Source: Candidatus Cloacimonadota bacterium (GTDB taxonomy: Bacteria > Cloacimonadota > Cloacimonadia > G963667145). Taken from it: a stretch of 64,000 bases of DNA. This document shows positions 49,019 through 59,522 of this stretch, piece by piece; positions within the stretch are counted from its first letter, which is position 1, and every line of letters begins with the position of its first letter. The stretch covers positions 576,001-640,000 of the forward strand of contig OY762940.1 in assembly GCA_963667255.1 (NCBI GenBank), in the 5' to 3' direction. The notes under the pieces were generated by a model. The model searched no databases and was not told the origin of the DNA. It worked only from the letters and a program-made list of their open reading frames with translations. A program made the position numbers and the translations under genes.

Positions 49019-49597
49019 TTGGTTACTCTGATAGTTGGGCTTGGGAATATAGGCAATAAATACGAAAATACCAGGCATAATATAGGTTTTATGTTGATAG
49101 ATTATTTGGCTTCCCAGTGGGGAGTCAAATTTTTTAGTTCGGCTAATTTCTATTTTGCACGGAAGAGAGATTGTGTTTTGCTTAAACCTCGAACGATGAT
49201 GAATTTGAGTGGTGTGGCTGTTAAGGATGCTTGCAAGAGATTTAATCCCGAGAAGGTTTTGATTGTCTTTGATGATGTGAATATCGATTTTGCTCAGTTG
49301 AGGATTCGTAATTCCGGCTCTGCCGGTGGGCACAACGGAGTGAAGTCTATTATCGAAAAATTGCAGACTGATGAATTTGCAAGACTTCGGATTGGTGTTG
49401 GTGGTGGAGAAAAGGCGAGTCTAATCGGGCATGTTTTGGGTAATTTTAATGCTGACCAAAAGAAAAAATTGCTGGTAGTTTTGGGATTTTCCGCAGAGCT
49501 CTTGGATGTTTTTATTGAGCAGGATTTGACCAAAATGTTGGAATATTACAGTAAAAATAAAAAGACCTATTCTGAACGGGTTGTTCAGGATCTTTAG
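49019..49597 (+). CDS. pth: Peptidyl-tRNA hydrolase
   Basis: LIVGLGN.G.KY..TRHN.GF, KP.T.MN.SG, GSAGGHNG, RLRIGVG. Confidence 0.96.
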   Translation: MVTLIVGLGNIGNKYENTRHNIGFMLIDYLASQWGVKFFSSANFYFARKRDCVLLKPRTMMNLSGVAVKDACKRFNPEKVLIVFDDVNIDFAQLRIRNSGSAGGHNGVKSIIEKLQTDEFARLRIGVGGGEKASLIGHVLGNFNADQKKKLLVVLGFSAELLDVFIEQDLTKMLEYYSKNKKTYSERVVQDL

Positions 49598-49623
49598 GAA
49601 TAAAGACCAAAGGAGAAATTAAT

Positions 49624-49905
49624 ATGAACTACGAAAGTATGTTTTTGATTAATCAGGATTTGTCGCAGGAAGAAGCGGACGCTATCAACCAAATTGTCCT
49701 CGATTATATCAAAGATAACGGAGGAGAGGTTACCTCCAGTGAGAGCATGGGTAAGAAGCAATTGGCTTATCCGATTAAAAAGAGAGAAAGTGCTTACTAC
49801 TATCTTAACTATTTCAGTTTGGAAGTAGATAAACTCGACGGTTTGGAGAAACTTTATCGTTACAACGAAAATGTAATAAGGTTTTTGACGACTGTTAGAG
49901 ATTAG
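49624..49905 (+). CDS. rpsF: 30S ribosomal protein S6
   Basis: YE.MF, G.K.LAYPIKK, NENVIRF. Confidence 0.95.
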   Translation: MNYESMFLINQDLSQEEADAINQIVLDYIKDNGGEVTSSESMGKKQLAYPIKKRESAYYYLNYFSLEVDKLDGLEKLYRYNENVIRFLTTVRD

Positions 49906-49940
49906 AGTGGTTTTATTTTAGAAGAAGAAAGGGGTGAATT

Positions 49941-50381
49941 ATGAGTAAAAAATTTAGATTACCAAACATTAATTCTGTTACTATTTCCGGAAGATTAACT
50001 CGTGATTTGGAGCTTCGTTACTTAAATTCGGGGACACAAGTTGTTACTTTGCCTTTGGCTTTTTCTCGTAGTTATCGGGATAAGCAAGGTCAGTGGCAAC
50101 AAGAGACCAGTTTTTTGGATGTGATAGTTTGGAGTGCGGTTGCCGAGAGATGTGCTCAAGTTTTGAAGAAAGGTGATCCTGTCTTGGTTGAGGGTAGTTT
50201 GCGAACCAGAATGTATACAACCAAAGATGGCAAGAATATGAAAATAACTGAAATTCAAGCCAATAGAGTTCATTTTTTGGAAGTAGAGGACAATGGTAGT
50301 TCTGCTCAAGATTCCGGCTCTGGCGACTCTCAGTTCGTTGAACCCAAAATGGATTTTGATGACGAGAGCGTGCCCTTTTAA
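49941..50381 (+). CDS. ssb: Single-stranded DNA-binding protein
   Basis: N.V.I.GRLTRD.ELRY, KG..V.VEG.L, acidic C-terminal DDESVPF. Confidence 0.96.
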   Translation: MSKKFRLPNINSVTISGRLTRDLELRYLNSGTQVVTLPLAFSRSYRDKQGQWQQETSFLDVIVWSAVAERCAQVLKKGDPVLVEGSLRTRMYTTKDGKNMKITEIQANRVHFLEVEDNGSSAQDSGSGDSQFVEPKMDFDDESVPF

Positions 50382-50406
50382 TTAAATTAAATAAGGATTT
50401 TTAATT

Positions 50407-50640
50407 ATGGCTTTTAGAAAGAAAAAAATAGTTTTTAAGAAAAAAAAATGTAAATTCTGTGAAAACAAAGAGTTAGAGATTGATTACAAGAATGTGGATT
50501 TATTGAAAAAGATGATTTCGGAAAGTGGCAAGATTCTTTCTCGCAGATTTTCCGGTAATTGTGCCAAACACCAAAGAGCGGTTTCAAGGGAGATAAAAAA
50601 GGCAAGACAAGTAGCTTTATTGCCCTACAAAAGAGTATGA
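50407..50640 (+). CDS. rpsR: 30S ribosomal protein S18 (zinc-binding type)
   Basis: CKFC, IDYK, GKI..RR..G.CAKHQR....IK.AR..ALLP. Confidence 0.97.
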   Translation: MAFRKKKIVFKKKKCKFCENKELEIDYKNVDLLKKMISESGKILSRRFSGNCAKHQRAVSREIKKARQVALLPYKRV

Positions 50641-51458
50641 TTTTTTTGTACGCAGTAATTTATAGTGTACTTGCTTACTTAAATCCTTTTTTGGCGACTA
50701 TTTATGGAGTGGGTTTTGTTGGGGATAGGTTGCTAAGGAGTGGCAAATTGAATCAGTTTTTTTTGGCTTCTTTAGTTTTGTCGATTTTGGCTACGATTTT
50801 TGGTTTTGTTTCCAAGGTAGATTTCTTTGAGATTTTGCTCGCACAACTGTCTCTTTACATTTACTTTTATTTGTTGGTGAACAAAGGGAAATACGATTTG
50901 GCGATTTTGGGAACAGGTGCTTTTTGCCTTGCTGGAGAAGTGGTGCTTTTCATCGTTTTTAATGCTTACTATTTGCAGGTTATTGATACCGCTTTTGCTG
51001 TAACCCAAAATATTTTAAATTCAAATCAAGAATATTTAGGACTTGTTTGGAGACTTTATAAAGAGAATTTCCCGTCTTTGCACAGTGTAATGTTTTTGCT
51101 TGCTTTGTATCTGGGGTCGCTTTTGTTAGGGCGAAAAGAGGAAATTCCCCGTTTTGATTTCAGGGGATTTGCTTTGCCCAAAGTTATTGATTTGTGGCTA
51201 TTGGCAGGAATTGTTCTTTTGGTTTTCAAGAAAAGTATTGGTTGGTCGATAGGAAGCAATTTGCTGATTGTTGCCTCTGTTGCGTTGTCTTTGGCTGGTT
51301 TAGGTGTGATTTTCACGATTTGGCAAAAATGGTTTGAGAAGTATAAAATACTGTATTTACTGTTTGTAGTTGTTTTGTTGTTTAATAATTATTTAATGTT
51401 TATTTTGTCTTTCCTAGGATTACTTGATCGTTGGTTTAATTTTAGGAAGCTGAGTTAG
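50637..51458 (+). CDS. DUF2232 / YybS-like membrane protein
   Basis: Multi-TM protein ending LGLLD.WFNFRK, located between rpsR and rplI. ATG overlaps the rpsR stop. Confidence 0.8.
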   Translation: MIFLYAVIYSVLAYLNPFLATIYGVGFVGDRLLRSGKLNQFFLASLVLSILATIFGFVSKVDFFEILLAQLSLYIYFYLLVNKGKYDLAILGTGAFCLAGEVVLFIVFNAYYLQVIDTAFAVTQNILNSNQEYLGLVWRLYKENFPSLHSVMFLLALYLGSLLLGRKEEIPRFDFRGFALPKVIDLWLLAGIVLLVFKKSIGWSIGSNLLIVASVALSLAGLGVIFTIWQKWFEKYKILYLLFVVVLLFNNYLMFILSFLGLLDRWFNFRKLS

Positions 51459-51466
51459 GAGGAAAA

Positions 51467-51979
51467 ATGAAAGTTATTTTGACTGAGAATTTGTATAAAG
51501 TGGGAGAAGCCGGGGGCGTAGTAGAAGTTAAGGATGGTTTTGCCAGAAATTTTTTGTTGCCACAAGGTAAAGCTGTGAAAGCTGACAAGGGCAATATGAT
51601 GAGAATTGAGGCTATCAAAAAGAAAGCTGAAGCATCAAGACTTCGTCTTTTATCTGAGCTCAAAGAGTCCGCTTCTGTTTTGGAAGGGAAGACTTTGGAG
51701 TTCGAAATGAATTCTGATAAGGATGGTAAACTTTACGGTTCAGTTTCTGATGTTGAGATTAGTGCTAAGATTAAGGAAGTTTTTGGTTTGGAAATAAAAA
51801 GAAGAATGATTGAACTTCCCGAGAGAATTAAAAATGTCGGAGAGTTTCAAGTTGTTTTGCATTTTGGACCGGAAGTGGCAGTGAATGTCAATGTTTTGGT
51901 TAAAAACAGCGAGTTGAAATTGGAACGGGTAGAAGATAACAAGGAGCAAGCAGAGGCTTCTGTAGAGGAAGAAGCTTAA
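51467..51979 (+). CDS. rplI: 50S ribosomal protein L9
   Basis: MKVIL, G..G.VV.VK.GFARNFL.P.G.A, GKLYGSV. Confidence 0.97.
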   Translation: MKVILTENLYKVGEAGGVVEVKDGFARNFLLPQGKAVKADKGNMMRIEAIKKKAEASRLRLLSELKESASVLEGKTLEFEMNSDKDGKLYGSVSDVEISAKIKEVFGLEIKRRMIELPERIKNVGEFQVVLHFGPEVAVNVNVLVKNSELKLERVEDNKEQAEASVEEEA

Positions 51980-51991
51980 TTTGTTTTAGTT

Positions 51992-52315
51992 GTGGGAGGA
52001 ATTAAGAAATTTAATCCCAAATCTTTTATTTTGCGAGTTGCCGGTGAAAAATATAGGGACTTTGCTCTTGTTTTGGTGAATTGGGGAGAATGTGTAGGCG
52101 AGTTGCTGGCTTCTTATAGTAATGTTGAAAAATACGAAGATGGTATAATATATATTTCTGTAGTCGACAATGTTTGGCTACAGGAATTTTTTTTATTGAA
52201 GAGTCAAATTATAGAGCGGTTGCACGGTAAAACCGATTTGGCTATCAGAGATATAATTTTTTATGCGAAAAATAGGGAGAAATACAAATGGTTGAGAAAC
52301 AAAAAGTTCTTGTAG
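51992..52315 (+). CDS. DUF721 / DciA-like helicase-loader domain protein
   Basis: W...VG..LA, G.I.I.V.D.VW.QE...LK..II..L. Confidence 0.75.
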   Translation: MGGIKKFNPKSFILRVAGEKYRDFALVLVNWGECVGELLASYSNVEKYEDGIIYISVVDNVWLQEFFLLKSQIIERLHGKTDLAIRDIIFYAKNREKYKWLRNKKFL

Positions 52316-52932
52316 CTCCGTCGTTGTTGTCTGCGGATTTTTGCAATTTGAAGAGTGAAATGGACAATTTGCAATCTGCTGATATGTTGCATTTGGATGT
52401 GATGGATAACCATTTTGTCCCTAATCTGACTTTTGGATTTCCGATTATCGAGTCTATCAGGAAGAACACGAAGATGCCTTTGGATGCTCATCTTATGGTG
52501 GAGTCGCCCGAGGAGTATGTTGATAGATTGGCGATGATAGGCGTGGAGTATATCTCTTTTCATTTGGAAGCGACAGTGCATGCTCATCGGTTGCTTGCCA
52601 AGATTAAATCTTTGGGGATTAAAGCAGGAATTGCTCTCAACCCTGGGACATCTGCTTGTTTGCTTGAGCCACTTTTGGCGGAGGTTGATTTTGTGTTGCT
52701 AATGAGTGTAAATCCGGGCTTTGGCGGACAAAAATTTCTTCCTCTTGTTTACGATAAGTTGAGCTATCTGCGACCGTATAAGGAGAAATTCGGATTTCTA
52801 TTGCAAGTTGATGGTGGAGTGAGCGACAAGAATTGCCAATCTCTCGTGGAAGCTGGAGTGGATATTTTGGTTGCCGGCAACTTTGTTTTTCAAGGGGACT
52901 ACAAGCAGAATATTGCCCGTTTGAAGCTATAA
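52288..52932 (+). CDS. rpe: Ribulose-phosphate 3-epimerase
   Basis: APSLLSADF, H.DVMD.HFVPNLTFG, D.HLMV, MSVNPGFGGQ, VDGG. Confidence 0.97.
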   Translation: MVEKQKVLVAPSLLSADFCNLKSEMDNLQSADMLHLDVMDNHFVPNLTFGFPIIESIRKNTKMPLDAHLMVESPEEYVDRLAMIGVEYISFHLEATVHAHRLLAKIKSLGIKAGIALNPGTSACLLEPLLAEVDFVLLMSVNPGFGGQKFLPLVYDKLSYLRPYKEKFGFLLQVDGGVSDKNCQSLVEAGVDILVAGNFVFQGDYKQNIARLKL

Positions 52933-52933
52933 G

Positions 52934-55132
52934 TTATTTCTTGGAAAATTCAAACGAATCGAAATCGTGTCCGAAGGTGAAGTAGAGGGTTTTGTTTTTT
53001 TCATCGTCCATGGCTACGCCCACTCTGGAGAAGAATAGAGGATGGTAGTAAGTAAACGATGTGCCGAGACCCCTCTTGTAGGTGCTGTATTTGCTGTCGA
53101 AAATGTTTAGATAGTCTTTATTTCTCAGGTCAACAAAGTTTCCGCCGAAGTCCCAAAAGAGTTTGTTTTTAAATTTCCACCTAATCCCGAGATAGACTGT
53201 TTTATACACAGGAGTGAGGATTGAGTTGGTTCTGAATCCCAAAAAGTTGTCTAATCCGCCGAGATAAAATGGGTCGTGTTCTTTTGCTATTGTGCTGTTG
53301 GTGGACAAGTTTCCGTATTCCAGCCTCAATTTTACACTAAATCTATCTTCAACGATGGGAAGAATTTTTTTGTATTTGAAGCTGAACTTTTGATAGTCTG
53401 TTTCGCTTCCGACTTTTTTGTTGCTTATGTGGTATTTTGACAAAATAGACTCGCCGTCCATCGGCATATATGAGTCGTCCAAGTACTCATAATAGACCTT
53501 AATCCCGAGACCATTTGTAGAGAAAGAGCTGTTTTCAAGTTTTTGGCTTACATTGTCGGTGAATTTGGAGCGGGAGTAAAAATAGTATCCTTCGACAATC
53601 GTCGATTTATTGGTAAACATACCGCTTCCGAGAGTAACTTCGATTTCCTCTTTATCTTTTTCTTCGGTTTTCTCAAAAGATTCGGCATCATAGATGTATA
53701 GAGGTTGATTTTTGTAGCAGGCAAAAGCTCTGAGATAAGTCCCCCAACTATCTCCTCTGTTCCCGAAATTTTTGACGAAATCAAAGTCAAACTCCTCTTT
53801 TTTGCCGATTTCTCCATTTATCAAAAGATTGGAGTTCGGGAGAAGTCTATTGTCAACCTGCAACAGTGAGCCGATAGAAAACATAGTGTAGTCGTTGACT
53901 TTGGCATAAAATCCGATTTTTTGTCGCAATTTCTCTTCGACAACTATAGTCAGCGTATCTTTGTTGAGAATGGGGTAGCTGTATTCAAAGAAGCCGGAAG
54001 TAAATATTTCGTTACAAAGATTGCTGATATCGTATCGGTTTTTCAGTTGACTGGCTTTTAGCTTACTCAGGGACAAAATGGTTTTTTCGTCCAAGTAGTA
54101 ATTCCCAACAATCCTTATTGTTGTTACCGCAAACGAGTCTTTTTTTGTTAAGAAATCTTTCTTTTTTTGTTGCAATAGAGCAAATTTTTGTGGGTCGGAG
54201 AGTTTTTGTAGTTCGTCCAAATGCTTTAATGCTTCTCTTTTGCCAAGCTCGACAAGGTCTTTTAAATTGTTAAGTCCCAAAAAAGTCATCTGCTTTTTTA
54301 CTTGAGGATAAATGAGAATTGTTGCATATTTCTCCGATTCCTTTACATTGCTATTCAGAGCAAGGGTAACAGTTTTGTTGAGGATAGAGAAGAGATTTTC
54401 GTTGCTTTCCTTGGCAATTGGCAAGGAAACTTTCACTCCGATTATGGTGTTTGCATTTTTTTTCACCAAATCTTTTGTGGGGAAGTTGTCTAAAATACCG
54501 CCGTCCAACAGAGTGAGAGAGTCTATTTCCATAGGCGAAAAGAATGAGGGAATGCTCATAGATGCACGCAAAGCCAAGTGCAGATAGCCTTTGTCCAAAA
54601 TTACGGAATTGTGTCTATAGAGGCTTGTTGCTTTGCAAAAAAATGGGATAGGTAAGTTGTTGAAATCTCTGATGTCGTGAGCAGGGAAAGTCAATTCGAA
54701 CATTTTATTTGTGATGTGTGACCCTTTCAAAATTCCATTGGGAAAGACAGGGAAGAAATTGTCTGTAAGGTCGAGAGATAAGCGGGTAAAATTTTTCCAC
54801 CGCTTTTTTCGTCCGTAGTAGTTTTGTCTGGAGATGGACTCGGTAAAAAGTTTGTTCCAGTCGAGTTGGGAGACGATTTTCTCTATCTCTTTCCCCGAAT
54901 ATCCGCAAGAGTATAGCCCGCCGATGATAGCACCCATACTGGTTCCGGAGATGATATCGATGGGGATTTGCAGACTATCGATGACTTGCAAAACACCGAT
55001 TTGTGTCAGGCATCTTGTCCCTCCGCCCGAGAGTGCCAGCCCGATTTTCGATGAGTTGGCAAATAGGCAAGGTGTCCAAAAAATCCAAAGCAACAGAACG
55101 GCTATGAATTTGATAGATTTTCTTTTGTCCAT
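52934..55132 (-). CDS. Patatin-like phospholipase with POTRA-like domain and Omp85-type barrel (PlpD / type Vd-like)
   Basis: Signal peptide, LALSGGG.R, GTSMG, RASMSIP, DGG..DN.P, then I.IVGN POTRA-like segment and aromatic beta strands. Confidence 0.85.
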   Translation of the reverse strand: MDKRKSIKFIAVLLLWIFWTPCLFANSSKIGLALSGGGTRCLTQIGVLQVIDSLQIPIDIISGTSMGAIIGGLYSCGYSGKEIEKIVSQLDWNKLFTESISRQNYYGRKKRWKNFTRLSLDLTDNFFPVFPNGILKGSHITNKMFELTFPAHDIRDFNNLPIPFFCKATSLYRHNSVILDKGYLHLALRASMSIPSFFSPMEIDSLTLLDGGILDNFPTKDLVKKNANTIIGVKVSLPIAKESNENLFSILNKTVTLALNSNVKESEKYATILIYPQVKKQMTFLGLNNLKDLVELGKREALKHLDELQKLSDPQKFALLQQKKKDFLTKKDSFAVTTIRIVGNYYLDEKTILSLSKLKASQLKNRYDISNLCNEIFTSGFFEYSYPILNKDTLTIVVEEKLRQKIGFYAKVNDYTMFSIGSLLQVDNRLLPNSNLLINGEIGKKEEFDFDFVKNFGNRGDSWGTYLRAFACYKNQPLYIYDAESFEKTEEKDKEEIEVTLGSGMFTNKSTIVEGYYFYSRSKFTDNVSQKLENSSFSTNGLGIKVYYEYLDDSYMPMDGESILSKYHISNKKVGSETDYQKFSFKYKKILPIVEDRFSVKLRLEYGNLSTNSTIAKEHDPFYLGGLDNFLGFRTNSILTPVYKTVYLGIRWKFKNKLFWDFGGNFVDLRNKDYLNIFDSKYSTYKRGLGTSFTYYHPLFFSRVGVAMDDEKNKTLYFTFGHDFDSFEFSKK

Positions 55133-56526
55133 TGCAGAGCTTCTTGAATATAGTTTTTCGGTGGAAAAGGAATAGAGTTGGTGTAGTTGCGGATTCTTGT
55201 GATTTCTTCATCACACTTTTTTGCCAAAAATTCCGGATTCACTTCCAAGTTGTTTAATTTGTTTTGTTTGATTTCGGTGGAAATATTTTTTACCAAAGCT
55301 GACACAAGCGAAGAATCTTCCATTTTTGGCACGATATTGGTAGGTGTCAAGTCTTCGGCTTTAACATGGCTCGCTATAGTTTCAGCGGCTACCAAAGCCA
55401 TAGAGTCCGTAATTTTTGAGGACGCAGTTTCTATCACTGCTCGGAGCAATCCAGGGAAAACCAAAGAGTTGTTCAGCTGATTTGGGAAGTCGCTTCGTCC
55501 TGTGGCTACGATGAAAGCACCGGCTTTTTTAGCTTCTTCGGGGTAAATTTCTGGAACAGGATTTGCACAAGCAAAAACGATTGGGTTTTCGCTCATTTTC
55601 TTTATCATATTGGCAGTTATAGTGTTTGGAGCGGAGACACCGATGATGATATCGGCATTTTCGCAGGCTAACATTGGAGAGTCGATTTTTTGCGGATTTG
55701 TGCTTTTTGCGAGATTCCATTGTTTAAAAAATAATGGGTTCTCTTCCAAATCTTTTCTGTCTTTGTGCAAACCGCCTTTGTCGTCAAAAATGTAGAACTT
55801 CTCGGGATTTGCACCTGCCTTTAGTAAATATTCAGCTATTTGACTTCCGGCTGCACCTGCACCGATAAGGACGATTTTAGCTTCGGAGATTTTTTTTTCA
55901 ACAAGTTTCAGCGAGTTCAATATTCCGGCAAGAATGATGCAGGCAGTGCCTTGAGCGTCGTCATGCCAAACGGGAATGTCTAACTCTTCTTGTAGCTGAT
56001 GAAGGACTTGGTAGCAATTTGGTTGGCTGATATCTTCCAGATTGATAGCGGCAAAACTGGGACTACAGGCTTTTACTGTGTCGACAATTCTTTTTGCTTC
56101 GCTTTTGCCATCGGAGTTTCTGGAGTCGATACACAAGGGGAAAGCGTCCACGCCGGCTAAATACTTCAGAAGTAGAGATTTGCCTTCCATTACGCCAAGT
56201 CCACCCGAAGGCGTGCAGTCTCCATCTCCCAAAACTCTGGTGGAGTCCGAGACGATTGCCACAGTTTTCCCTCTGAGAGTCAGCGAGTTGGAGAGAAAAT
56301 TGTTTTCTCGTATTTGGCACGATACTTCGGAAACTCCGGGAGTATACCACACGCTAAAACTCTCAGGACTCCAAACTGGGACTTTTGGCATTATTTCCAG
56401 TTTCCCATTGTAATGACGGTGCAACAATAGAGATAACCTTTTGTAAAAAAGCGTCTTAGCCTTATTTAAAACTTGTGAATCAAACTCTTGCTTCAAAAGA
56501 GTTTCCAATCTGATTTGGTTAAACAT
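55102..56526 (-). CDS. NAD(P)-dependent malic enzyme
   Basis: YTPGV, VMEGK, INLEDI, VWHDD.QGT, GAGAAG, ANPVPEI, TGRSDFPNQ.NN.L.FPG. Confidence 0.93.
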   Translation of the reverse strand: MFNQIRLETLLKQEFDSQVLNKAKTLFYKRLSLLLHRHYNGKLEIMPKVPVWSPESFSVWYTPGVSEVSCQIRENNFLSNSLTLRGKTVAIVSDSTRVLGDGDCTPSGGLGVMEGKSLLLKYLAGVDAFPLCIDSRNSDGKSEAKRIVDTVKACSPSFAAINLEDISQPNCYQVLHQLQEELDIPVWHDDAQGTACIILAGILNSLKLVEKKISEAKIVLIGAGAAGSQIAEYLLKAGANPEKFYIFDDKGGLHKDRKDLEENPLFFKQWNLAKSTNPQKIDSPMLACENADIIIGVSAPNTITANMIKKMSENPIVFACANPVPEIYPEEAKKAGAFIVATGRSDFPNQLNNSLVFPGLLRAVIETASSKITDSMALVAAETIASHVKAEDLTPTNIVPKMEDSSLVSALVKNISTEIKQNKLNNLEVNPEFLAKKCDEEITRIRNYTNSIPFPPKNYIQEALQWTKENLSNS

Positions 56527-56611
56527 AGTAAACTCCAAAATAAATTACTGCAAACAAAAACTCCCAATCCAATTTTTCATAAAGAAAACGAGTGTGTAAA
56601 AGGTCAAGAGA

Positions 56612-57379
56612 TTAGTTTCGCAAAAATTTCTTGCTGATTTCGTAAAGTGCTATGCCACAACAAACACTCACATTCAGAGAGTTTTTCCAGCCTTGCAAGG
56701 GGATTTGAAAAATATTGTCGCATTGCTCAAGAGTTGTTGATGCGATGCCGAGAGCTTCGTTCCCCAAGATTAGAGCGATTGGAAAATCAACAGGAATGTT
56801 TTCTATAGGCAAAGATTTTGTGGTAGTTTCCATGGCAAAAATTTTGTAATTTTGTTTTCTATAGTTGCTAATGGCTTCGATAGTTGTAGAGAAAATAAGA
56901 TTTTTAGTAAAATCGCAACAGCCCATCGATGTTTTTTGCACTTTTGGATTTTCGTGATTTGGTGTCACACCGCAAAAGGCGATTTCCGTGATGTTGAAAC
57001 ATTCGGCAGTTCTCAAAATCGAACCCACATTGAAGGCGGAACGGAGATTGTCCAAAATCAAAACTACAGGAAGTTTTTTGGTGGTGCTTTTTCGCTTTGA
57101 GTTGTCGTTGCTCAAAATCTCCCAATCTTTTTTTGACCTGCCATACCTATTTTCCAAGCCTATTTTTGCTAACAAAAACGCTCTTAAACTGGCAAATTTT
57201 GCTCGCGAAAAATAGTTTAGTTTTGGGTTTAGAGGGATGAGTGAAATAAATTCGGCTTGCAATTTTTCTCTTGTTTCGGGATTTTGCCAATTCATTTCGA
57301 TTTTATCCAAGAGAATGAAGACCTCTTTTACTTGTTTTTCAGAAGAAAAAGAGGCGAATTTCTTTTCCGAGAAGCTCAT
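56612..57379 (-). CDS. TrmH/SpoU family RNA 2'-O-methyltransferase with N-terminal extension
   Basis: LDNLRS.FNVGSI.RTA, LGNE..GI, IP..G...SLNVSV. Confidence 0.9.
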   Translation of the reverse strand: MSFSEKKFASFSSEKQVKEVFILLDKIEMNWQNPETREKLQAEFISLIPLNPKLNYFSRAKFASLRAFLLAKIGLENRYGRSKKDWEILSNDNSKRKSTTKKLPVVLILDNLRSAFNVGSILRTAECFNITEIAFCGVTPNHENPKVQKTSMGCCDFTKNLIFSTTIEAISNYRKQNYKIFAMETTTKSLPIENIPVDFPIALILGNEALGIASTTLEQCDNIFQIPLQGWKNSLNVSVCCGIALYEISKKFLRN

Positions 57380-57395
57380 ACGATAGCGGAGTTGA

Positions 57396-59495
57396 TTACA
57401 GTTTGAACATCATTTCCCAGTATGATGGCACAGGCCAAACATTCGCAGGCAAGAGATTTTCGAGTTGGTCGATTTCCAATCTCAAATCGGCTAAATTTTT
57501 GTTCAGTTCTGTGGCACAGAGTTCGGCTTTATCTTGGTCGCTCTTAGTAGCTGTTATGCTGTCCATTGTTTTGATTAGAGTGTCCAGACAACGATAAGCA
57601 TTGGAGAAATGGGAGTTTATTTTGTCCAAAATTGAGAGCTGAATTTTGTGTTCGCAATTAATACTTCTCAAAGTTTCGATGGATTTTGCCAATTTGCCGA
57701 TGTAATCCATGATAGAGGGGAAATATTCTGTTTTGACCATACGAGTTGCAGTTTTGGCTTCGATAAGAGCTTGCTTGTAATATCTTTGGTAATAAATTTC
57801 CGCTCTAGATTTCAACTCTTGGGAAGTCAAAATATCTGTAGAAGCAAATAAGTTTTCAGCTTTTGCTGTTTGATAGGCGGAGATAGCTTCAGCCGAATTT
57901 TGCAAGTAAGGCAAACCCTTTTCCATAGCCATTTTGCGATACTCTTCGGAGTAGTTGTCGCCGTTGAAAATAATCTTTTTCGCTTGAGAGATGCTCTCTT
58001 GCAAATAGGCGTATATCTCTTTGTTTGTATCTTGGCAATTCTCCAATCTTTCATTTAGGGTGCGTATCTCTTCCGCCATTAGCCCGTTTAGGACGACATT
58101 TGGCATAGAGATAGAAGCCGAGGATGGCACCATCCTGAACTCGAACTTATTGCCCGTGAAAGCCAAAGGAGATGTGCGGTTACGGTCGGTGTTGTCTTTG
58201 GGGAGTTTGCTGAGAGTATTGACACCCAATTCCAAGAAATCGCTTTCTTTACTGGCGACATTTTTGCCTTTCTCTATATTCAACAAAACATCGGTCAGAG
58301 CATCTCCCAAAAATACGGAGATGATGGCAGGAGGTGCTTCGTTTCCGCCCAAGCGATAATCGTTGCCGAGATTTGAGGCTGACGCTCGGAGCAAATCTGC
58401 GTGCTTATTAAATCCCTTGAGTGCTGCGACGAGGAAAACCAAGAACAACTGATTTTTTTCAGGTGTTTTCCCTGGAGCGAAGAGATTGATGCCGGTGTCG
58501 GTGACCAAAGACCAGTTGTTGTGTTTCCCTGAGCCGTTTACTCCTTGGTAAGGTTTCTCGTGCAAAAGGCAAACTAAATCGTGTCGTTTTGCCAATCTTT
58601 TCATCGTTTCCATCACAACTTGGTTTTGGTCTGCCGCCAAATTTGCTTGCGTGTGGATGGATGCAAGTTCAAACTGGCTGGGAGCGACTTCGTTGTGCTT
58701 GGATTTTGCCGTTATTCCCATTTCCCAGAGATGAGTGTCCAAATCTTTCATGAAGTTTGCCACTCGGTCTTTGATTTGCCCGAAGTAGTGATCTTCCAAC
58801 TCCTGACCCTTCGGGGCGTTTGCTCCGAAAATAGTGCGTCCGCAGGTGATTAAATCCAAGCGTTTGGAGAAATATTTTTTATCAATCAGGAAATACTCCT
58901 GCTCCGCTCCGACACTGGGACTGACATTTTTTACATCTCTATAGCCGAGCTTATGCAACAATTTTGTCGCCTCTTTGTTGATGGCTTGCATCGAGCGAAG
59001 GAGCGGTGTTTTTTTGTCCAGCGCTTGTCCGTTGTATGAGCAAAAGGCAGTGGGAATACAGAGAGTTACGCCGGCTGTGTCCTCTTTTAGGAAAGCGGGA
59101 GATGTGTAGTCCCAACTGGTATAACCGCGAGCCTCAAAAGTGCTTCTGAGACCGCCCGAAGGGAAACTGGAAGCGTCCGGTTCGCCTTGGATTAGTTCGG
59201 CTCCAGATAGTGTTAACTCTATGCTATTGCCGTTCTCTACGGGATTTATAAAAGAGTCGTGCTTTTCGGCGGTAGAGCCTGTGAGAGGCTGAAACCAGTG
59301 GGTGTAATGGGTCGCACCTTTCCCAATCGCCCAGTCTTTCATAGCTGTAGCTATCTTATCAGCTAACACTTCCGGCAATCTAAGATTGTTTTTAATGCAT
59401 GATAGGAACTCATTGAAATCTTGATTTGACAACCTTTTTTTTATAGATGCGTGGTTGAAAACTTTTTTCCCGAAAATCTCTTTTATATCACTCAT
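57396..59495 (-). CDS. glnN: Glutamine synthetase type III
   Basis: GATHYTHWFQPLTG.TAEKHD, EPDASSFPSGG.R.TFEARGYT.WD, G.EQEYF, HEKP..GVNGSGKH.NW, DRNRTSP.AFTGNKFEFR. Confidence 0.96.
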   Translation of the reverse strand: MSDIKEIFGKKVFNHASIKKRLSNQDFNEFLSCIKNNLRLPEVLADKIATAMKDWAIGKGATHYTHWFQPLTGSTAEKHDSFINPVENGNSIELTLSGAELIQGEPDASSFPSGGLRSTFEARGYTSWDYTSPAFLKEDTAGVTLCIPTAFCSYNGQALDKKTPLLRSMQAINKEATKLLHKLGYRDVKNVSPSVGAEQEYFLIDKKYFSKRLDLITCGRTIFGANAPKGQELEDHYFGQIKDRVANFMKDLDTHLWEMGITAKSKHNEVAPSQFELASIHTQANLAADQNQVVMETMKRLAKRHDLVCLLHEKPYQGVNGSGKHNNWSLVTDTGINLFAPGKTPEKNQLFLVFLVAALKGFNKHADLLRASASNLGNDYRLGGNEAPPAIISVFLGDALTDVLLNIEKGKNVASKESDFLELGVNTLSKLPKDNTDRNRTSPLAFTGNKFEFRMVPSSASISMPNVVLNGLMAEEIRTLNERLENCQDTNKEIYAYLQESISQAKKIIFNGDNYSEEYRKMAMEKGLPYLQNSAEAISAYQTAKAENLFASTDILTSQELKSRAEIYYQRYYKQALIEAKTATRMVKTEYFPSIMDYIGKLAKSIETLRSINCEHKIQLSILDKINSHFSNAYRCLDTLIKTMDSITATKSDQDKAELCATELNKNLADLRLEIDQLENLLPANVWPVPSYWEMMFKL

Positions 59496-59522
59496 ATTAC
59501 CTTCTATGTTCTTGAAAGTTTC